DNA of 64,000 nucleotides. Origin: an uncultured candidate division Zixibacteria bacterium. GTDB taxonomy: Bacteria > Zixibacteria > MSB-5A5 > GN15 > FEB-12. The stretch's first letter is position 1. Each line of letters opens with the position of its first letter. The position numbers were made by a program, and so were the translations under genes. Below are positions 1-10,172 of the stretch, in pieces. The stretch lies in assembly GCA_963735035.1 (NCBI GenBank), contig CAVTJJ010000002.1:100963-164962 (forward strand), written 5' to 3'. The notes under the pieces were generated by a model, which was given only the letters and a program-made list of their open reading frames with translations, was not told the DNA's origin and searched no databases.

Positions 1-3000
1 AGCCTGCGTGGCCGTAGCGCCGTCAGTCGAAACAATTGCAAGCTGGCTTAGCCGCGTGGCACCTACGTTCAGCAGGTCCGCCAGCAAGTACTTCCGTCCC
101 AAATGCAGCGTACTGTTGTCGACCAGAACATTCCACTGATACAACACGTCATTCAGAGTCATCGCCCGGGCGGGTGACCCTGTATAGGTGATATTGAGAA
201 TACGTATCTGGAGACCGTCGTTACGGTTGTAGTAGGCGTCGAAGATCGCCTGGAGGTAGCCGTCTATCTGGGCGCGAGTCATGTGATAATCACTCGCAGC
301 GCCGGTGCTAATGGCCACGATCTCCCGCTTCCAGGTCCAGAAGTCTATGATGCCTGACATGTTGGTGAGGCTGAGTACGAAGTCAACCACGAGGTCAGTA
401 CCAGCCACGGTGATCGGCACCAATTCGGCTGATACCGCAGCGAAGCCTATCGGAAGCTCAACCCTGACTGTGTACGAGCCCGGCAGGACTCCCGTTATCA
501 AGTATTGTCCGTCTTCGGCCGTGATGGCCTGTTTCACGACTGCTGAAGCCCCGTTCAACAGTGTCACCTGGACACCATAGAGTCCGGCAATATCGGTCTG
601 AACCGTCCCTCGTATCGAGGCCGTGGCCAGTCCGCTTTGAATCGTCATTTTCGCCGTGTTGTTGTCCTCGGAGCACTCCGCGAGCACTCCCGCCGGATCA
701 ACTACCGCGTAGATATCCCTCGGCAAGGGTCCTACGACATAGTTGACTTGTACGGTAGCCGCACTGCCGGCAGCCAGTGAAGGAATAATCTGATCGGTTC
801 CGATCTGTACTCCGCCCGGCAGAGCGCCGTCGAAGAATCGCACGACCACGTTTGAGGCCGTAACCGAACCCACCGCGTTATGCACTACTGCAGAGACCGT
901 TACCGTCTGGCCAACCTGCGGCCCTGCTGGGGCCAGGCTGAGGTCGGCGTCTGCCACATAGAGATCCAGAGGAATGAGGGATACATTGACATCACACTCG
1001 GCGGAATCCAACCCCACTTCCGTTGGTCTAACCTTAATATGGAAAGCATAAGTTTTTGCATCGGTTAGATCGAAACACAACTGACCGTCCAACCAGGTGG
1101 CCGGAGCCGGTGTCACTATTACCTGGCCGTAATCCTCGATGACCAGTGGGACACAAACGTGGGCCGGACTACAGACTTGAACGACTATCGGTCCTGTTGG
1201 ACAGTCAATCACAGGCGACCGAGTCAACTCGCCAAAACCGCCATACATGATGTTCGGCGTGGCCGGATCCACAACCCCGGCCGCAATTATCTGATTCTGA
1301 TGAATCATGGAGATATTATCAACCAGCGCTGCGTCGATCGGGCCGGCGATGAAACGCTCCGACAGATAACGCAGAGCCTTACTGGCCGTGGCGCCGTCGG
1401 CGGTAACAATCGCCAGTTGGCTTATCCTCGCCGATACGATATTCAGAAGGTCAGCCAGGAGGTATTTCCGTGCTATCGAGGCGCTGCTGTTGTCGGCCAG
1501 GACATTCCATTGGTAGATAATGTCGTCGAGCGTCATGGCCCGCGCCGGATATCCCGTATAGGTGACATACAGCATGCGCGTTTGATGGCCGTCATTGCGT
1601 AGATAGTAGGCATTGAATATGGTCTGTAGATATCCGTCAATCTGGGCGCGGGTCATGCCGTAAGCACCGGCTGCACCAGTACTAATGGCCACAATCTCCC
1701 GTTTCCAGCTCCAATAATCGATCACACCCGGCGATACCGCTAACGTCAGGTCAAGATTCCGGACCACCTCACTCCTGGCCACGGCGACAGTTTGTTCTAC
1801 CCCACCAATTACGCTGAACCCAATAGGTGACTGAACCACCATTCGGTAATTGTCGACCGGCAGGTTGATTAAAGCATAGTACCCGTACTGGTCGCTGATC
1901 GCCCTGGCAAAGGGCACTCCGGTCGTACTGTACAGATCAACATAGACGCCATTCAGACCGATGGCACCGGCTTTGATCAAACCGTGAATGGAGCCTATTG
2001 TGCTGGCGGCGCCTGTGAAATTGGCGGTCACAGTCTTGTTGCTATTCATGACCACGGCCGTAATCGGAGAGGCCGGGTTCTCGACGTCGCCTGTCCACGA
2101 AGCAAACGTATATCCAATGGCTGCCGAAGCTGCAACGCTCACACTGGAGCCCACAAGATAGTGGATAGTGCCGGCGAGTGGACTAGTAGTGCCTCCGGTG
2201 GTCGGAGAACTACCAATTGTCATGTCATAAACCAACGTGGGCACAATCGAGTCGACAGGGACAACAACTTTGGCAAAATAGACATCGAATGGCCCAGTGC
2301 CGGAGCGCCATGTAACAGGTATATACGGTGAATTGGCCGGCACATGAAAGGCGGTATTGGGATCACGCGCATACGCCTGGGTCGATACCTGGTATTCCGC
2401 ACTCCACGTCAACGTCACTTGTGACCAACGCTTATAATATATTCGCGATGAAGCATCGTCTGCCGACGTCTTACGGCAGTAAAACACATACATATCGTTG
2501 CCCCTGACCGTCGTAATCGGATACCAGGCAATACTGCTGTTGCTGGCATCAGTGGCTATAATAGTCGTGTGCCAGGCGCCGGTTCCGTTGGCGTAATTCT
2601 TCCAGACGTGACGCAAGTTCGTTCCCTGTCCGAAGACCAGGTGCATGATCGTATCGTTGATCTGGTTGTGGGAAAAGGAACGGTCGTTCACCGGGTTAAT
2701 TGGATAGATCGAATGATCCGACATCGCCTGGAAACTAAATCCGTTCCACAGGTAGTATTCGTAACCTCGAGGATCGTTGAGATAAAGCACTACCAGAACT
2801 GGGTTGCCGTTCACATACGGCATGGATCCGATTCTGACATTGAGTGCGCCGGTAGCAACGGCTACTCCCCGGGTCCAGGTCGAGCCGCCGTTGTCGGAAT
2901 ATTGATAGCGCACGTTTTCGGTGGCGCTTCCCCCCAGGCGCGTAAACACCCAGATTCGGCCGGTGTTCTGCACCATAATACTGGAGCGATGATTCGCCGT

Positions 3001-3435
3001 GGTACCGCTGAGGTTAACGAGAGCGCCCGCATCCGATATGGATTCCGCGGGAGCGTTGAAGTGCCTGAAAGCAATTGCCGAGGTCGAGGGGAAAGTGAAG
3101 TACAGATCGTCGCCGGAACCCGATAGCGACAGATGCATATCCAGGTAGCCGTTGATCGTGGTTGTATTGGTACTCCAGGTGGTTCCGGCGTCCTGTGTAT
3201 AGATTAGATTATTGGAGCGAGAGCCGTTGTTGGCGTAACCGATCCACATCTTATTGGGGTCGGTTGGCGACATATACGCCTTCCAGCGCGGAATCCCCAG
3301 CGTGGGGCCGTCGGTAGCGGATGATGTGGCTATCCGAATCGGCACTGTCAACGAATCTGCGAGGGTGTTGACGGCCATTATCCCAAGTACTACCCCTGCC
3401 GTCAGCAACACTCTAATTGAATTTAACTTTCTCAT
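1..3435 (-). CDS. Large secreted/surface protein, truncated by the window start. BNR/sialidase-like N-terminus, InlB B-repeat-like domain, carboxypeptidase-regulatory-like domains, CARDB-like domain and a duplicated unknown helical domain
   Basis: Missing from the ORF track because no stop lies inside the window. Manual translation from ATG 3435 gives signal peptide MRKLNSIRVLLTAGVVLGIMAVNTLA, Asp-box-like YSDNGGSTW, GYTFASWTGD..VMNSNKTVTANF, and CARDB-like IYAVVDPAGVLAECSEDNN. The frame is open to base 1. Confidence 0.8.
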   Translation of the reverse strand, partial: MRKLNSIRVLLTAGVVLGIMAVNTLADSLTVPIRIATSSATDGPTLGIPRWKAYMSPTDPNKMWIGYANNGSRSNNLIYTQDAGTTWSTNTTTINGYLDMHLSLSGSGDDLYFTFPSTSAIAFRHFNAPAESISDAGALVNLSGTTANHRSSIMVQNTGRIWVFTRLGGSATENVRYQYSDNGGSTWTRGVAVATGALNVRIGSMPYVNGNPVLVVLYLNDPRGYEYYLWNGFSFQAMSDHSIYPINPVNDRSFSHNQINDTIMHLVFGQGTNLRHVWKNYANGTGAWHTTIIATDASNSSIAWYPITTVRGNDMYVFYCRKTSADDASSRIYYKRWSQVTLTWSAEYQVSTQAYARDPNTAFHVPANSPYIPVTWRSGTGPFDVYFAKVVVPVDSIVPTLVYDMTIGSSPTTGGTTSPLAGTIHYLVGSSVSVAASAAIGYTFASWTGDVENPASPITAVVMNSNKTVTANFTGAASTIGSIHGLIKAGAIGLNGVYVDLYSTTGVPFARAISDQYGYYALINLPVDNYRMVVQSPIGFSVIGGVEQTVAVARSEVVRNLDLTLAVSPGVIDYWSWKREIVAISTGAAGAYGMTRAQIDGYLQTIFNAYYLRNDGHQTRMLYVTYTGYPARAMTLDDIIYQWNVLADNSSASIARKYLLADLLNIVSARISQLAIVTADGATASKALRYLSERFIAGPIDAALVDNISMIHQNQIIAAGVVDPATPNIMYGGFGELTRSPVIDCPTGPIVVQVCSPAHVCVPLVIEDYGQVIVTPAPATWLDGQLCFDLTDAKTYAFHIKVRPTEVGLDSAECDVNVSLIPLDLYVADADLSLAPAGPQVGQTVTVSAVVHNAVGSVTASNVVVRFFDGALPGGVQIGTDQIIPSLAAGSAATVQVNYVVGPLPRDIYAVVDPAGVLAECSEDNNTAKMTIQSGLATASIRGTVQTDIAGLYGVQVTLLNGASAVVKQAITAEDGQYLITGVLPGSYTVRVELPIGFAAVSAELVPITVAGTDLVVDFVLSLTNMSGIIDFWTWKREIVAISTGAASDYHMTRAQIDGYLQAIFDAYYNRNDGLQIRILNITYTGSPARAMTLNDVLYQWNVLVDNSTLHLGRKYLLADLLNVGATRLSQLAIVSTDGATATQA

Positions 3436-3521
3436 ATGACCTCGATATCACTTATCCGACTGAGCGACTATTGCGACCTTCCTCAATCTTCTCTTGAGTA
3501 ATTGCAATCGCTCGTTACATG

Positions 3522-5024
3522 TTAATTGCCAATCACCATCTTCACTCGATCACCGGACTTGAAACCCGTAGTCGCCTGAGTCTGGTTGATGATCGCTAAT
3601 GTCTCGAGTTGTATTGAAGATCCTTCTTGCTTAGCCAACTCGCCTAATGTTGATGCATTTCTAACGGTGATGATCTTTAGATGCATCGGTTGCATCCTAA
3701 GAATATTCTGATCGGTCAAGCGCCGGAACGTTCCCATGGCGCTGACTATCGCATTTTGATACTCAGCCCAGAGTAAGTCGGTGGTATAGCCGAGCAGTTG
3801 GTAGGTATGTCCTTTGTAATCTACAAACGTCGCCTTGCCCTGCAAGACGCCCTGATCGGTCTGCGCGCGGAATAGTGCTGAAATAGCCGGAAGACCATTG
3901 AGATTGCCGGTCTCCTGGTGTTCCGCCTGCAACCCTTGCTGCCCAAAAAACTCACTGGCTGCCTGTGCTCTGGACGTGCCCTGCGCCAGAGTGATTTGCA
4001 ACACGGCGTCCTGGTTGGTACTGAGCGCAGCCACAGCTTCCTTCTGGTTCACCGTCTGCCAGCCTGAAGGGAATACGAAATCGAACTCCAGCTCGGGCTG
4101 ATAGAAGTGATTGTCGCGAAAGAATCCGTCGCGCGGATTCTGGCCGAACACCATGCCATCAATGAGACGCAGATAGCTGTCCTGGTTCACCGACAGGCTA
4201 CTCATATTCAGGCTGAGCGTATCAATTTCCTTTTGGAAGGCCTCACTGCGGTTGACCGGGTTAGGATGCGTTTCGAGCCATACGGGTACGCTCCCCCCGC
4301 CGCCGGCCTCGCTGACCCGATTCAGCATATCGAACACACTGATCATCTGGCGTGGGTCATTCTGCGCTCGCACCATGTAGCGAAACCCCAGATGGTCCGC
4401 CTGACTTTCGTCGTCGCGGCTGTATTTTAGATACAGTAATCCCAGCCCGGCGTTCAGATACTGACCATAGCGCTGTAGCTTTGGTTCGATCATCATTCCG
4501 GCGGTCACTCCCAACTGCGTGACCTGTTGGCTGGAGATAGTATGTACCGAGTGCTGCGCTGTTACATGGCCGATCTCGTGTCCCATGACTCCTGCCAGTG
4601 CCGCCTCGTTCTCGACGTATGCCATCAGGCCGCGGGTGACGTAGATGAAGCCCCCGGGGAGGGCAAACGCGTTAACTGCCGGGTCATCGACTACTCTGAA
4701 TGTCCACGGTAGAGTGGGGCGTTCGGAGGTTGCGGCGAGTCTGGCGCCAAGCTTCTGCACGTATTTTTGCAATGCATCATTTGGGTACAGCCCGATACTG
4801 GCCACAACCTGTGAATCCGCCTGGCGGCCCATCGCGATCTCGCCGGATTCGCTGATTAGATTGAGGTGCTTTTCACCCGTGGCGCGATTCACGGCGCAGC
4901 CTCCAAGAGCCACGCCTACCGTCAGCCCAATCAGAGCGAGCCTCGCAAGGAGACCAAAGCCGCCACGGCTTACATCGGTAGGCACGTGACTGCGGCTTCT
5001 CAATAGATTACTGCGTGAGTTCAT
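3522..5024 (-). CDS. M48 family zinc metalloprotease lipoprotein
   Basis: VNAFALPGG, HEIGH (HExxH), YSRDDESQAD and THP motifs; lipobox-like LGGC. Confidence 0.9.
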   Translation of the reverse strand: MNSRSNLLRSRSHVPTDVSRGGFGLLARLALIGLTVGVALGGCAVNRATGEKHLNLISESGEIAMGRQADSQVVASIGLYPNDALQKYVQKLGARLAATSERPTLPWTFRVVDDPAVNAFALPGGFIYVTRGLMAYVENEAALAGVMGHEIGHVTAQHSVHTISSQQVTQLGVTAGMMIEPKLQRYGQYLNAGLGLLYLKYSRDDESQADHLGFRYMVRAQNDPRQMISVFDMLNRVSEAGGGGSVPVWLETHPNPVNRSEAFQKEIDTLSLNMSSLSVNQDSYLRLIDGMVFGQNPRDGFFRDNHFYQPELEFDFVFPSGWQTVNQKEAVAALSTNQDAVLQITLAQGTSRAQAASEFFGQQGLQAEHQETGNLNGLPAISALFRAQTDQGVLQGKATFVDYKGHTYQLLGYTTDLLWAEYQNAIVSAMGTFRRLTDQNILRMQPMHLKIITVRNASTLGELAKQEGSSIQLETLAIINQTQATTGFKSGDRVKMVIGN

Positions 5025-5066
5025 TCTATCATCCTCCGATCAATGTCGCGGGGTAATAGGCTGTAC

Positions 5067-5306
5067 TCATAGGGAGCTCCCGCTTCCGCCGCGCTTCCGC
5101 CCAGCGACCATCAGAACGACCCCGAGGACTATCGCAACGCTCCCGGCAATCGGTGATAGTGGGATGTGTTTGGTCTCATCGACCTGGACATGCATCGCGC
5201 CCATGTCAATGACGTGCTCGGCGGACGTATAGGTTATGCCACCATAGATGAGCCCCAACGTACCGAGACCGATTAGGATTATGCCGATAATGGTCATGTT
5301 CTTCAT
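5067..5306 (-). CDS. Small two-TM membrane protein (DUF3185-like)
   Basis: IIGIILIGLGTLGLIYGGITYT...IPLSPIAG pattern; GAGGAG SD. Confidence 0.7.
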   Translation of the reverse strand: MKNMTIIGIILIGLGTLGLIYGGITYTSAEHVIDMGAMHVQVDETKHIPLSPIAGSVAIVLGVVLMVAGRKRGGSGSSL

Positions 5307-5334
5307 AGCTACTCCTCTCGTGATGCGGGCGACG

Positions 5335-5484
5335 TCATACTATTCGTCGGCCGGAAATGATCCTGACCAGTACCGCCACAATGGCAAGCACTATCAAGAT
5401 GTGAATGAAGCCACTTATCGTATAGCCCGTGACTAAACCCAGGGCCCATAACAGCAGCAACACTACGGCTATTGTCCACAACAT
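5335..5484 (-). CDS. lmo0937-family (DUF5670) small membrane protein, 49 aa
   Basis: Manual translation MLWTIAVVLLLLWALGLVTGYTISGFIHILIVLAIVAVLVRIISGRRIV; AGGAG SD. Confidence 0.85.
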   Translation of the reverse strand: MLWTIAVVLLLLWALGLVTGYTISGFIHILIVLAIVAVLVRIISGRRIV

Positions 5485-5576
5485 ATGATTCTCCTTTGTA
5501 TCTGCCCTTGAGTCGCTGCCGATCGGTGCCTGTTTGCATCAGCCGGCAGCGCTCCGGCAAGTCGACTGGTCGCCGT

Positions 5577-6347
5577 CTACAAAGACGCAACCGTCATCTG
5601 GTTATTTACACTCTTCACACCATGCACATCATTGACGCGCTTGGTCGCGAGGTCTTTCTCGGCCTGGTTCTTGGCCGAGCCTGTCAAAGTAACGACCCCT
5701 TTGTTGGTGGATACTTTGGTATCGAACCCGTCCATCCCGTGATGATACTGGAGGGACATCCTGACCTGGGTGGTGACGGAAGCGTCATCAACCTTTTCGG
5801 CTTTGGTCCTGGCCGGACTGGCCGGTGGTTCGACCACCGTCATCAGGTTATCTACGGTCTTGACGCCGGAAACATCGCTGGCGTATTCGGTCGTGAGTTG
5901 CTTCTGAGCGTCACTGGAGGCCTTGCCCCGGAGGGTCACGTTACCATCCTTGACGTCTACTTCGGTGTTGGCGTAGCTCACACTCCGGTGGAACAAGAGT
6001 GTACCGCGTACTCTTTCGCTGACCCACGCATCGGAACTGGCGCTGGCAGGTGCCGCCGTAACGGTGAGCTGGTTGTGTACTATCGTGACACCCGGCAGAC
6101 CCATCACGGTCTCCTCGGCCATGGACTTGTGAGATTCCTGGGCGACCGTGCCGCTCAAAGTAACAGCACCGTCAATGGATGCGATCTTGATCGCATCGCC
6201 GCTGAGATATGTTTTGAACACATACGAGTTCTTGGCGGATTTCTCAATACGATTGTCCATTTGGGAGGCGCTTAGCGGCACAGTGGTCAGCAACAGCAGT
6301 GCTGCCGCGGCTAGTGCCGTCAAGTGATGCTGCAATTTGCTTTTCAT
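5577..6347 (-). CDS. BON-domain (OsmY-like) periplasmic protein with three BON repeats
   Basis: Signal peptide; three GxVTLxG...GVxxVxNxLxV repeats. Confidence 0.9.
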   Translation of the reverse strand: MKSKLQHHLTALAAAALLLLTTVPLSASQMDNRIEKSAKNSYVFKTYLSGDAIKIASIDGAVTLSGTVAQESHKSMAEETVMGLPGVTIVHNQLTVTAAPASASSDAWVSERVRGTLLFHRSVSYANTEVDVKDGNVTLRGKASSDAQKQLTTEYASDVSGVKTVDNLMTVVEPPASPARTKAEKVDDASVTTQVRMSLQYHHGMDGFDTKVSTNKGVVTLTGSAKNQAEKDLATKRVNDVHGVKSVNNQMTVASL

Positions 6348-6405
6348 GTTGTTCTTTCCTTTATTGTTCTGCTTAATAGTTGATTGCTTGTAACCGATAC
6401 ATGCC

Positions 6406-6915
6406 CTAATGCCCGAAGGTCCAGCCTACGGTAGCCTTGAAGTCCGGCGCATCCACCAGACCAAGCTTACCCTCTATGAAGAAATGCCCCGACTGGCTGC
6501 CGGCAGATCCCTTACCTATACCAAACTGCATATAGAGCCCGAGATCGGTCTGGTTGTTGTCGTGCCCATGGTTGTACCAATAGTCATGCTGATAGGAGTA
6601 GAATACCGGACCAATGCCGCCGCCCAGATAAGGTGTCCAGGCGCCCCAATCGGAACGGAAGCGATAGTCAAGCTCGAATGAAGGGGCAATCGTAGTCAAA
6701 TGATCACCGATGCCAATTTCCAGGTTGGGCAGCATCATTAGATTCTCAGCAAGGTCGCCGAAATCGATATGACCACCGAAATGGAACTGATCGGGGTTGA
6801 CCGTCATCCCGAGTCGCGGTCCCATGCCGTGAAACCCGGCAGTACGTTGACCGCCAAAGGCCGTGACAGTACCCAACAGGCCTATTATCAATGTTGCGAA
6901 GAAAATGCGTCTCAT
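6406..6915 (-). CDS. Small outer-membrane beta-barrel protein
   Basis: Signal peptide, PYLGGGIG strand and C-terminal VGWTF motif. Confidence 0.7.
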   Translation of the reverse strand: MRRIFFATLIIGLLGTVTAFGGQRTAGFHGMGPRLGMTVNPDQFHFGGHIDFGDLAENLMMLPNLEIGIGDHLTTIAPSFELDYRFRSDWGAWTPYLGGGIGPVFYSYQHDYWYNHGHDNNQTDLGLYMQFGIGKGSAGSQSGHFFIEGKLGLVDAPDFKATVGWTFGH

Positions 6916-6981
6916 ATGTCAATCCTTTCATAATGCATTATGTGCGCCATGCGACGTACCGTACGTCGCGATGGCCTGCCG

Positions 6982-7611
6982 CTATTGCAGCGCTACCTGG
7001 GTCGCCTGGCTCGAATAGAACGTGATTTCAGTACCCACCCCGTGGAAGATGTCCTGCTTACCGGTGGCAGCGGCCAGACCCGTGCCGGCGGCCGCACCCG
7101 CGACGGCGCCGATTTCGGTGCTGCCTTTGCGGTCAACTATCTTGCCAATTATGCCGCCAACTATAGCACCGCCGCCGATCATGGCGACTTCGCGGTTGGT
7201 ATGTGACGCCTTCTTTTCCTGGATCGTCTTGGTAGCCACGCTGACCCAGTGTCCGTCTCCGTCCTGAATGGCCGTCAGACTAAAGTCCAATTCGGCCGGG
7301 GTTTTGAGTCGGCCGGACTCGACGACTCGGCTTAGCACGCCTTTCGCCGCAGCGCCACTCGCGAAGAGGGTGTTGCCGTTTACGATAATGGGACTTGAGA
7401 GGGTGGCGCGAAATCCCGCACCGGACCCTTGCACATCAGTGTCGATCGAATCGACGAGAGTAACCGTAACTGACGTGTTCGCCGGCATCGTTGCATAAGT
7501 GATCGCCGGCGCTGCGTTGTTGGCTACCTGTTCGGCCGTGTTGCCGGTGCCGCAAGACGCGATAAAGAGCGCCAGTGACAGCGAAAGCAACAGGATGATT
7601 ATTCTGAACAT
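6982..7611 (-). CDS. Lipoprotein with glycine-zipper C-terminus
   Basis: Lipobox IASC after ATG 7611 (AGGAG SD); GGGAIVGGIIG..GAVAGAAAG glycine zipper. Confidence 0.65.
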   Translation of the reverse strand: MFRIIILLLSLSLALFIASCGTGNTAEQVANNAAPAITYATMPANTSVTVTLVDSIDTDVQGSGAGFRATLSSPIIVNGNTLFASGAAAKGVLSRVVESGRLKTPAELDFSLTAIQDGDGHWVSVATKTIQEKKASHTNREVAMIGGGAIVGGIIGKIVDRKGSTEIGAVAGAAAGTGLAAATGKQDIFHGVGTEITFYSSQATQVALQ

Positions 7612-7657
7612 ATGAACTCCTAACGAAACAAAAAGGTTAAATTTCACTCTTATCTAA

Positions 7658-8296
7658 TTACCCGACCAAACGACCCATAAGGCTTCTCCGGACTCTGCCA
7701 TCGGGCCGGTCACACTCAACCACGCAGGTGTCCTCAGTTATCAGCGATCCCCGCATCAACCTGCGACCCCGATGTAGTTTGGCCTTCGCCTTCTCGACCG
7801 TGATGCCTGCAATATCCGCTATCTCCCGGTAAGAGAACCCCTCCAACAGAGAAAGAACTACTATCTGCCTCAGGTCCTGGGGTAGATTCCGCACAGCTTG
7901 TGAGACGTCGTCATCCGATATCGCCGACAAATCAACGTGACCGGAGCCGTTCGTAGCATGTTGATTCACCGCTTGTAACGACCGCCCTATGTCGTTCTGC
8001 CGGGCAGCGCTGTTTAGCACTATTGAGGGATTCGCAGAAGATTCGCACCTGACGGCCAGAGCGTTCACCATGATCTTGAAAAGCCATACACGACTGTTGG
8101 GGCTGACCTGCTCGTTCAGCCAGGATCGGTATGCCCTTACAAACGATATGTTGACTACTTCTCGCGCGTCGCACTCGTTGTCGAGCACGTACCAGGCTAC
8201 TCGATAGAGGTTGTTTATCTGCGGCAAGGCTTGTGCCTCGAAATCTGATCTTCTCGCACTGTCGTTCAACATCGATCGTACCTTCTTATTCTTCAC
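7658..8296 (-). CDS. ECF-type RNA polymerase sigma factor
   Basis: LYRVA..L...AREVV..SFVRAY (region 2, somewhat degenerate) and LP...RQIVVL..LEGFSYREIA...LHRGR (region 4). Confidence 0.85.
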   Translation of the reverse strand: MKNKKVRSMLNDSARRSDFEAQALPQINNLYRVAWYVLDNECDAREVVNISFVRAYRSWLNEQVSPNSRVWLFKIMVNALAVRCESSANPSIVLNSAARQNDIGRSLQAVNQHATNGSGHVDLSAISDDDVSQAVRNLPQDLRQIVVLSLLEGFSYREIADIAGITVEKAKAKLHRGRRLMRGSLITEDTCVVECDRPDGRVRRSLMGRLVG

Positions 8297-8442
8297 GGCG
8301 ACTGAGGTCTCATCGGGATTCAGAGAATTGATGGGTTCGGGCTACGGTCGAGAATCAGCCGTCTCTTTTGATTCCCATGATCAAGATTGTCGTGTCTTGA
8401 AGGTCCTTGCTTCCTGCAAGGGAGAGTTCTCTGCTCGGTATC

Positions 8443-8512
8443 AAGTTCGACAACGTGGCGGTCTGAGTCAATCCGTCGAAGGATTGGAAAGAGAGCTAGT
8501 CCGTTGGAGTGA
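8443..8512 (-). promoter_or_regulatory. Boxed promoter upstream of the ECF sigma operon (shared 47-bp motif, copy A)
   Basis: TTGACT-N17-GAACTT on the minus strand, followed by the motif shared with 10103, 10941 and 13558. Confidence 0.6.
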
Positions 8513-8730
8513 GGGTCTAATCATGTCTGATAGGATCGGCAAGAGCATGACGTAGCAGGGATCCTGTAGGTATACCGGCGACCATGTCTGCTTCCGGCAA
8601 GAACGAGCCTGCCCCACCGCAGGATTCATAATTCAAGACGCCCGCGAGGTATCGCGGGCGTCCTGGCGCACATGCGCCGAATAGAGAATGCGATTGGCTA
8701 TTCATTCGCATAGCCGGGATAAATTCGTTG

Positions 8731-9801
8731 TTACGGGGTCGGTCTCACTATGGTATTGCCGTTTAGTGTTACCGCACCGATACGGGCGAAGGCTCTGCCT
8801 TCCAGCGACGCACCGGTATTCAAGGTGATCGACTGGTCAGCCATAATGGTGCCCTTGAAGACGGAAGTCGTCCCCAGAGTAGCCGAGGTGCCAACCTGCC
8901 AGTAGACGTTGGCCGCCTTGGCTCCGCCGCTCAGTATCACTTTACGACCTGCGGTGGTAGTAAGTGTGGACGCCATCTGGAATATCCACACCGCGTTGGC
9001 GTTGCCCTTGGCGTCGAGCGTCAGGTCACCGGACGAAACCGCCAGGCCGGAGGTAGATTTATAGAGACCGGGCGGAAGAGTCATTCCACCAATGTTACCG
9101 GCTACACTGACCGGGCCCAGGGTGCGCCCGGCGGCGTTGTTATAGGCAACTGTCAAGTCGAGCTTGGCCAAAAGCGACGCGGGATCGTCAACATGCTTGG
9201 TGCCGACAATTATTCCAGGTGGGAAACCGGTCACCGATGAGCCAGGGCTCAAGCCCAGGTCACCTGTGATGTTGGTAGCACCGGTGTTAGTAATTGCCGC
9301 TCCGGCCAGGACCACGTAATCGGAAGTCGAAGCAAGTACCACCGACAATTGGACAGTGGCCGCGGCCGCGGTCGTAAAGTGCCACACATAGTTACTGGCA
9401 AGGGCATTGCCATCACTATCCTTGGCGACGGTCGTAATCGTGGCAGTAAAGACAGTGCCTACGACGAGGTCACTTGTAGGGACAAACGACGCACGGTCAG
9501 TGGCGGAATTGTACGAGACCGCTCCTGCCACCGCAGTCACGCCGGGGCCGCTTACTGTGAACGAAGTCGAGCTGATGGACGAGGCCTGCATCCGCTCGCT
9601 GAAGGTTACATTTATGAGCGCCACACCGGTGGCGTTGTTGATCGGGTTGGTGGATAGCACCGTCGGCGGTGTCTTATCCGTTGATCCACCGGTAGGACCG
9701 TTGTCGTTATTGCCGCTGCATCCGACAATTAGCACCGCGAATAGCAGTGCGGACAACATCGTTGTCCCTAACTTCTTTGTGATATGATTCTGTATGTTCA
9801 C
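8731..9801 (-). CDS. Ice-binding family (DUF3494) lipoprotein with N-terminal Ig-like (Big_5) domain
   Basis: Lipobox VGC; PPTVLSTNP..NATGV Ig-like domain; VLAGAAITNTG.T.ITGDLGLSPG, LPPGLY, LTLDAKGNANAVWIFQ, ANVYWQVGTSATLGT. Confidence 0.92.
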   Translation of the reverse strand: MNIQNHITKKLGTTMLSALLFAVLIVGCSGNNDNGPTGGSTDKTPPTVLSTNPINNATGVALINVTFSERMQASSISSTSFTVSGPGVTAVAGAVSYNSATDRASFVPTSDLVVGTVFTATITTVAKDSDGNALASNYVWHFTTAAAATVQLSVVLASTSDYVVLAGAAITNTGATNITGDLGLSPGSSVTGFPPGIIVGTKHVDDPASLLAKLDLTVAYNNAAGRTLGPVSVAGNIGGMTLPPGLYKSTSGLAVSSGDLTLDAKGNANAVWIFQMASTLTTTAGRKVILSGGAKAANVYWQVGTSATLGTTSVFKGTIMADQSITLNTGASLEGRAFARIGAVTLNGNTIVRPTP

Positions 9802-10079
9802 TGAGTTACACTCTTTCTTGAATGAGAATTCATCTCATTGTTCTTACTGTTTAGTTTCTATAGTTCACGACTGACCAGGCGACTTTAGGATCCCTTCTCA
9901 CAGTTTCAAGGCAGTATCACAGTTTCTTGTGAAAGTACTGCAACACGTCGGTCGCGGCGGCGTTGGAAGTGTCGGCGGATGTAGTCGCCGATAGACTCAC
10001 TTAACGCTCACGACCTTGAGCGGCTTTTCCCAGATACACTACCCTTGGATGGGAGAGGGAGAGTCTTAAGCTCGCTGTC

Positions 10080-10149
10080 AATCTCGATGTAATTAGCGGC
10101 CGGGTCAATCGGCCAAAGGATTGGAATGATAGCTAACTCGTCGGAGCGA
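10080..10149 (-). promoter_or_regulatory. Boxed promoter upstream of the ice-binding protein gene (copy B)
   Basis: TTGACC-N17-GAGATT plus the shared motif. Confidence 0.6.
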
Positions 10150-10172
10150 TGAGCTGATCGCGATCATGCATA

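Noticed and set aside
305..3439. Plus-strand ORFs in the track
   Set aside because: Antisense shadows of the long minus-strand CDS.
6947..6974. Intergenic palindrome GCGACGTAC-C-GTACGTCGC
   Set aside because: Single copy with no U-tract; no function can be supported.
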